Source: Terrabacter aerolatus
GTDB lineage: Bacteria > Actinomycetota > Actinomycetes > Actinomycetales > Dermatophilaceae
NCBI RefSeq assembly: GCF_007991735.1
Contig: NZ_BJYX01000024.1
Location: forward strand, 7,727 to 47,726
DNA length: 40,000 bases
Reading direction: 5' to 3'
The notes below the pieces were generated by a model. The model had not been told where the DNA came from. It ran no database searches and saw nothing but the letters and a program-made list of their open reading frames with translations. Below are positions 34,881-40,000 of the stretch, piece after piece. A program made the position numbers and the translations under genes. How positions within the stretch are numbered: position 1 is the stretch's first letter; every line of letters begins with the position of its first letter.

Positions 34881-35558
34881 TCAGCCGACAGCGGTCCGGC
34901 CCTCGATCCGAGCCGCCGCAGGCGGTGCCCCGACGTCGCGATCCGCCTCACGCGCCCCAGTCATCTCACTCGCCTCGGTGATCCAGCCGATCATCTCCTC
35001 GACGGTGGCCACCTGCGCGAAGAACCTGCCGACGGTCGCCAGCGATGCGCGCTGGACCTCGGCGACGTCGAGCCCGGGCACCCCGCCCGTCGTCGTGGCG
35101 TCACTGAGGAAGAAAGCTTTGACGTCACGGACCATGGCCTCGCGGGCCGTGGTCTCGCAGCAGACGTTCGTCTCGATGCCGGTGATGATGATCGTGTCGA
35201 CCCCGAGCAGGTCGAGCCGCGCCTTGAGGTCCGTGTCGTGGAAGGCGCCGAAGTGCGGCTTCTCGAGCAGGTGGTCGCCCGGGTCCAGCACGAGCGCCTC
35301 GTGGAAGGCCGCGGTGCGCGACGTGCGCTCGAGCATGTCGCCCACGCCGGGGAACATCTCGCCGAGGATGCCGAGGTCGGCGCCCGCCGGCACCGCGTGC
35401 CGCACGTGGATGACCGGGATGCCGGCTGCGCGGCAGACCGCGGCGAGGCGGTTGATGCGTTGGGTCACCGCCAGCCCGTCGACGGCCCCCTCGACGAAGA
35501 CGTTCTGGATGTCCACGTTGAGCAGCGCCATCCGCGACGGGACGACCTCGAACTGCAT
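34881..35558 (-). CDS. isochorismatase-family cysteine hydrolase
   Basis: ALLNVDIQNVF...EKPHFGAFHDTDL...VDTIIITGIETNVCCETTAREA (catalytic D/K/C pattern). The track ORF extends to 35807 with a Ser/Pro/Arg-rich extension, so I trimmed it to the ATG at 35558 (MQFEVV). Confidence 0.85.
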   Translation of the reverse strand: MQFEVVPSRMALLNVDIQNVFVEGAVDGLAVTQRINRLAAVCRAAGIPVIHVRHAVPAGADLGILGEMFPGVGDMLERTSRTAAFHEALVLDPGDHLLEKPHFGAFHDTDLKARLDLLGVDTIIITGIETNVCCETTAREAMVRDVKAFFLSDATTTGGVPGLDVAEVQRASLATVGRFFAQVATVEEMIGWITEASEMTGAREADRDVGAPPAAARIEGRTAVG

Positions 35559-35601
35559 CACGGCAGGCCTTCCGGTCGGTGCGGGTGTCCTCGACGGTGC
35601 G

Positions 35602-37500
35602 TCACGACTGGTCGGCCGCCGCGGCGGCCGCGCTCTCGGTGGCGATGACGTGCATGACGGCGTTGATGAGGGCCAGGTGGGTGAAGGCCTGCGGGAAGTT
35701 GCCGAGGTGGCGGCCCGTGTGGGTGTCGATCTCCTCGGCATACAGCTCGAGCGGACCCGCGAAGGAGAGCAGCTTGGCGCACAGCTCGTGCGCCCGCCGC
35801 GTCTCACCGATCTCCGAGAGGGCCGACACGAGCCAGAACGAGCAGATCGTGAAGGTCCCCTCCTCGCCGGAGAAGCCGTCGTCCGTCTCCTCGACGCGGT
35901 AGCGCAGCGCCAGCCCGTCGACGGTCAGCTCGTCTGCGATCGCCAGCACCGTCGCCCGGATCACCGGATGGTCGGCCGGCAGGAACCGCACGAGCGGGGC
36001 CAGCAGCAACGACGCATCCAGGGCGTCGGTCCCGTAGTACTGCGTCAGCACCCCGCGCGAGTCGACGCCGTGCTCGAGGATGTCGGCCTTGATCTCGTCG
36101 GCCGCCAGCTGCCACTCGGCCGCCTGCGAGTCCTGCCCGATCATCGAGGCCAGCCGGGCGCCACGGTCGACGGCGACCCAGCACATGATCTTCGACGACG
36201 TGAAGTGCTGCAGCTCGCCGCGCACCTCCCAGATGCCGGCGTCGGGCTCGCGCCAGTGCTTGAGGGCCGCCTCGACCTGCTTGCCGAGGATCGGCCAGAT
36301 GCGCCCGTCGAGGTGGTCGGCCACCTTCGAGTGGAGGTAGACCGAGTCGAGCAGCGCGCCCCACACGTCGTGCTGCACCTGCGAGTGCGCGGCGTTGCCG
36401 ATGCGCACGGGGCGCGACGCGGCATACCCCTGCAGGTGGTCCAGCGTCGACTCCGGCAGGTCACGCTCCCCGCCGATGCCGTACATGATCTGCAGGTCCT
36501 CGTCCCGCTCGGCGACGTCGGCGATGAACGAGAAGAAGTCGACCGCCTCCCAGTCGAACCCGAGCGAGTACATCCCCCACAGCGCGAACGTCGCGTCACG
36601 GATCCATGTGTAGCGGTAGTCGTAGTTGCGCTCCCCGCCGATGCTCTCCGGCAGCGAGGTCGTCGCCGCGGCCGCGATCGCGCCGGTCGGCGCATACGTC
36701 AAACCCTTGAGGGTCAAGGCGCTTCGCTGGAGGTAGCTGCGCCACGGGTGGTCAGGGAAGTGCCCGCGCGCCAGCCAGTGCTGCCAGTGGTGCGCCGTCC
36801 ACTCGAGCCGGTCGTGCGCCTCCTCGCTCGTCGTCGGAGGCGCCACCGCACCCCACGACAGCGCGATGAAGCGCTCGTCACCCTCCTTGAGCAGCGTTCT
36901 GGCAGAAGCCTGCCCGCCCTCGAAGCCGAGCCGCAGGTCGGTCGTCAGGGTCAACGACACGTCGGACCCCGCTGCCTCCGCCCGCCCCTCGTGGTAGCCG
37001 TGGTCGGCATACGTCCACGTGACCGGCGAGCGACCGTAGTCGAGCACCGGCTCGCACTCCATCACCGTCTGCACCTCGCCCGAGACGCACCGGATGGTCC
37101 GCAGCAGCGTGTGCTCGGCGTCGTAGTCCGCCGGCGTGCGCCGGTGCTTCTGCGAGACCCCGTCGTCGTGGTGCCACGGCCCGATGAGCAGCACGTCGCG
37201 CACGATGATCCAGCCCGTCGGCGTGCCCCAGCTCGTCTCGAGCACCATGGTGCCCGGCAGGTAGCGGCGCGCCGTCGGCACGCTGACGTCGGACGGCCCG
37301 AGCCGGAAGCGCCCCGCGTGCCGCCCGAGCAGCGCCCCGAAGACGCTCGGGGAGTCCAGGCGCGGCAGGCACATCCAGTCGACGTCACCGCCCGGCGCGA
37401 CGAGCGCCGTCACCTCGCCGTCGGAGAGGAAGCCGTAGTCCGCGATCGGCACGGCCTTGACGTGGGTCATCGAGCTCGCCATCTCGCCGGAAGCCTGCAT
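35602..37500 (-). CDS. glycoside hydrolase family 15 (glucoamylase/trehalase-like)
   Basis: PIADYGFLSDGEVTALVAPGGDVDWMCLPRLDSPSVFGALL N-terminal signature and an (alpha/alpha)6-type C-terminal half (YDYRYTWIRDATF, FPQAFTHLALINA). The start is one of the ATGs at 37500, 37482 or 37470; the track's extension to 37914 is rejected. Confidence 0.85.
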   Translation of the reverse strand: MQASGEMASSMTHVKAVPIADYGFLSDGEVTALVAPGGDVDWMCLPRLDSPSVFGALLGRHAGRFRLGPSDVSVPTARRYLPGTMVLETSWGTPTGWIIVRDVLLIGPWHHDDGVSQKHRRTPADYDAEHTLLRTIRCVSGEVQTVMECEPVLDYGRSPVTWTYADHGYHEGRAEAAGSDVSLTLTTDLRLGFEGGQASARTLLKEGDERFIALSWGAVAPPTTSEEAHDRLEWTAHHWQHWLARGHFPDHPWRSYLQRSALTLKGLTYAPTGAIAAAATTSLPESIGGERNYDYRYTWIRDATFALWGMYSLGFDWEAVDFFSFIADVAERDEDLQIMYGIGGERDLPESTLDHLQGYAASRPVRIGNAAHSQVQHDVWGALLDSVYLHSKVADHLDGRIWPILGKQVEAALKHWREPDAGIWEVRGELQHFTSSKIMCWVAVDRGARLASMIGQDSQAAEWQLAADEIKADILEHGVDSRGVLTQYYGTDALDASLLLAPLVRFLPADHPVIRATVLAIADELTVDGLALRYRVEETDDGFSGEEGTFTICSFWLVSALSEIGETRRAHELCAKLLSFAGPLELYAEEIDTHTGRHLGNFPQAFTHLALINAVMHVIATESAAAAAADQS

Positions 37501-37980
37501 GCCCTCACTGTGCGCGCGCCGCGATGCTCCCGCAAGGGCGGGCCGTCGCAGCGCCGAGCCACGGCTGCACGCAGCCAGGGAGGGAAGTGGCCCAGCGCCA
37601 CGACGACGGTGGACGCCCTGCGACGGGCGGTTCCTGGATGCACGACGCCTGCGGCTCGTGATCGTCCCCGTCCTCCCAGTGTGCGCCGCCGCCCCACCGG
37701 GCGCGGCGATTTCGCGGATCCGACCGCCTCCTGGCAGTAGCCGCCGGCTCCAACCGCTGCAAGACGACTGCAAGATCTGCGCAAGCAGTCCCGAATCGGG
37801 ACGTATCACCGCCGTCGATGGCGTCCACTGAATGATGTCGCCCGACGTGGTGACGCAGACTTTGGCGGTTGGCCCGTTGTGGTACGTGAACCGTCTCGGG
37901 GTCCGAGCTTGCATCGCGAGGCGGGCCCCATTGTCTTCGCCGCACCCGCGGGCGCGACGAGCGAACAGCCGGTCGGCCCG

Positions 37981-38502
37981 TCAGGCCACGGCGATGTCGA
38001 CGAGCAGCTCGGTCGCCAGGCGCTCGAGGTCGGCCCGCAGCGCCGCCGTGTCCGAGCCGCCCGGCACCCGCACGACGACGTGCGCCTCGAAGAGCAGGCC
38101 GCCGGCCATCGGGGCCTCGCGCGTCTCCGTCGTCATCGTCTCGATCGACAGCTCGCGCCTGCTCAGCACCGACGACACCTCGCGCACGATGCCCGGGCTG
38201 TCGTTGCCGAGCAGGTCTATGGTCAGCCGCTGCGCATCGGCGTCGTCCGCCACGACCCCGGCTCCCTCGGCGCCCGGGTGAGCCGTCACCTCGAGCAGCC
38301 CGTCGAGCCCGCGCAGCGCCGCGGTCAGCTCGTCGACCCGCTCGGCCGGCACGCCCACGACGACGATGCCGGCGAACTTGCCCGCCAGCTCGGCGAGCTG
38401 GCTGTCCTCCCAGTTGCCGTCGTGCGCGGTGACGACGTCCGCGAGAGCGCTGACGAGGCCGGCGCGGTCGTCGCCGATGACGGTGAACACGAGTCTGGGC
38501 AC
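37981..38502 (-). CDS. tandem ACT-domain protein (GcvR-like regulatory protein)
   Basis: Two repeats of the ACT pattern: LVFTVIGDDRAGLVSALADVV and LTIDLLGNDSPGIVREVSSVL. 173 aa, GTG start. Confidence 0.8.
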   Translation of the reverse strand: MPRLVFTVIGDDRAGLVSALADVVTAHDGNWEDSQLAELAGKFAGIVVVGVPAERVDELTAALRGLDGLLEVTAHPGAEGAGVVADDADAQRLTIDLLGNDSPGIVREVSSVLSRRELSIETMTTETREAPMAGGLLFEAHVVVRVPGGSDTAALRADLERLATELLVDIAVA

Positions 38503-38733
38503 GACTGCAGCCTACTGACCGTGTGAAGGCCAAGCCGGTCGCGCTCCGATTCCGCATCACGAGGAGCAAGCTCCGGTCGTAGTCCCATGTCCGCCTTGGA
38601 GCCATAACAGCCCCAGAGGACCTTGCCCAGGACGCTGCGGCGTGCGGGAGTATCCATGACCAGGCGGGACGGTCGCGGGCCGGCGACCGGTCCGCAGCAC
38701 CCGCCACGGCAACCGAGGAACAGGGAGCAGCCC

Positions 38734-38946
38734 ATGCGCAGGAGGCAGAGACCGTCGGCAGTAGTCCCGGCGTCGGACAGGCTCCACGAGATCGCCGAGG
38801 GGGAGCCGTTGACCTGGCCGGCAGATGACGCCCCGGCCGCACCGCCCGAAACCGGCGCCTCGGCCGGGAACCGTCTTCGCGACGCGGCCCTGCGAGCGCA
38901 GGCCGAGCAGCAGCTGGCGCGGCCCAACCAGCCGTTCCTCTTCTGA
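38734..38946 (+). CDS. small hypothetical protein (about 70 aa)
   Basis: Frame with very high third-position GC. ATG at 38734 preceded by GGGAG 6 nt upstream. The track ORF begins at 38623. No motif recognised. Confidence 0.35.
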   Translation: MRRRQRPSAVVPASDRLHEIAEGEPLTWPADDAPAAPPETGASAGNRLRDAALRAQAEQQLARPNQPFLF

Positions 38947-39199
38947 GCCCGCGAGCGACGCCCTCACGGATTGTTCGACACGAAAGGCCGCGGCACCCGG
39001 GGGTCTGCTCGATGCCCACGACGGAGGCACGCACCGTCCCCGACGCCGTCCTGACCCAGACCCTATCCCGAACCGGGACAGCCCTCTGCGGCTGCTGGCA
39101 CAGCGCACTCAGGTCAGGGTCGAGTCCCCGGAAGCAGTAGGCACCGGGCCGGGGGCACCCGCTTCTTGAGTGCCACCCGGCCCGGTCAAAGGTGGCCGC

Positions 39200-40000
39200 T
39201 CAGCTGGCGGCCTGGACCCCGACGAGTTCATCCGGCTCGTCGGGGGGTCTGTGGGGGTCGGGCGTCTCCGGCGGGACGTCCGAGGGTCGTCGCTCGGCGA
39301 GACCGGCCATGCCCCAGCGCACCGCGGCCGTGCCGAGGTGCCCGAGCGGCCGCGCCACGAGCGAGGAGACCATGTCGGGCACGGGGATGCCGAGCATCTC
39401 GCGCGCCCAGCCGGGCAGCAGGGAGACGCCACCGGACGCGAGCGTGCCGTAGCCCGGACGGGCGTAGTAGGGCAGCGGCGGGTCGAGCAGCAGGAAGCGC
39501 GCCGCCTCACGAGCGGCCGGCGTCGTCTGGAGCTCGGGCCGGTACTCCTCGAGGACGGCACGCAGCTCGGCCACCGACGTCGGGGGGTCGATGACGCCGA
39601 GGCGCGCGGCAGGGATGCCGGCCTGGGCGACGTAGACGTCGGCCTCGGCGTCGGTCAGCGGCGTGTCACCGAAGGTCTGGTAGCCGCGGAGGAACGAGTC
39701 GATCTCGGCGACGTGCACCCACTTCAGCAGGTGGGGGTCGTCGGCGCGGTACGGCCGGCCGAGGTGGTCCTTGCCGCGGACGCGCTCGTGGATCGAGCGC
39801 ACCATCGCGATGGCCTCCTCGGCGTGCTCGACGGTGCCGAACGTCGTCGTCGCGAGGTAGTGGCTCGTGCGCTGCAGGCGGCCCCACGGGTCGCTCTTGT
39901 AGCCGCTGTGGCCGGCGACCCCGGCCATGGCCATCGGGTGCAGCATCTGCAGCAGGAGCGAGGTGACACCCGCCGGGAACATCGAGGCGTCGGCGTGGAC
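39200..40000 (-). CDS. MpaB/DUF2236-family oxygenase, 5'-truncated by the window edge
   Basis: LLLQMLHPMAMAGVAGHSGYKSDPWGRLQRTSHYL...VRSIHERVRG matches the DUF2236 (MpaB/rubber-oxygenase-like) pattern. The frame remains open to nt 40000. Confidence 0.75.
   Translation of the reverse strand, partial: VHADASMFPAGVTSLLLQMLHPMAMAGVAGHSGYKSDPWGRLQRTSHYLATTTFGTVEHAEEAIAMVRSIHERVRGKDHLGRPYRADDPHLLKWVHVAEIDSFLRGYQTFGDTPLTDAEADVYVAQAGIPAARLGVIDPPTSVAELRAVLEEYRPELQTTPAAREAARFLLLDPPLPYYARPGYGTLASGGVSLLPGWAREMLGIPVPDMVSSLVARPLGHLGTAAVRWGMAGLAERRPSDVPPETPDPHRPPDEPDELVGVQAAS

Noticed and set aside
34582-37740. 1052-aa plus-strand ORF, the longest in the right half
   Set aside because: It is antisense to the isochorismatase and GH15 genes, both of which have clear family motifs. 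Its translation is Arg/Pro/Val/Gly-rich low complexity with no motifs. This is a typical high-GC shadow ORF.
37505-39034. 509-aa minus-strand ORF spanning the ACT-protein region
   Set aside because: The composition is Arg/Ala/Gly/Pro-dominated. It overlaps the well-supported tandem-ACT gene in another frame as well as the GH15 start region. It is a shadow ORF.
1-40000. Search by eye for CRISPR arrays, tRNA/rRNA genes, transposases, integrases and terminal inverted repeats
   Set aside because: I saw no regularly spaced direct repeats, no cloverleaf-like conserved tRNA elements, and no DDE or tyrosine/serine recombinase motifs in any ORF. A manual scan cannot exclude short att repeats; tRNAscan-SE, Infernal and a self-dotplot would be decisive.

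Overview
High-GC, actinobacterial-type window. From about 1.5 to 26.5 kb it holds one accessory island. A 12-gene minus-strand operon (23866 down to 1564) is almost gap-free, with 4-nt start/stop overlaps at most junctions. It encodes a DpdC-like protein, a tRNA-guanine-transglycosylase (TGT) paralogue flanked by two paralogous DGQHR (ParB/DndB-like) proteins, an SNF2 helicase with a zinc ribbon, a RecQ-like helicase, a roughly 1018-aa P-loop NTPase, a 1498-aa DExH helicase, an HKD/PLD nuclease and four unknowns. No methyltransferase is present. Divergent from it is queC-queE-queD-folE2, a complete preQ0 (7-cyano-7-deazaguanine) pathway with no queF or canonical tgt in the window. This matches the Dpd 7-deazaguanine DNA modification-restriction system (dPreQ0/dADG in DNA). 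It differs from the prototype in gene order and in a duplicated DpdB-like gene. A convergent HNH-nuclease pair sits at the left edge. Right of the island lie a receiver-like gene coupled to a DUF3293-like gene with an ambiguous 3' end and small trailing ORFs, then ordinary chromosome. That chromosome carries a NarL/DesK-type two-component system, DUF4352 and PASTA envelope proteins, an isochorismatase-family hydrolase, a GH15 glycosidase, a GcvR-like ACT protein and a partial MpaB-family oxygenase. I found no rRNA, tRNA, CRISPR array, transposase or integrase. All functional calls rest on motifs read by eye and on gene context; no database search was run.
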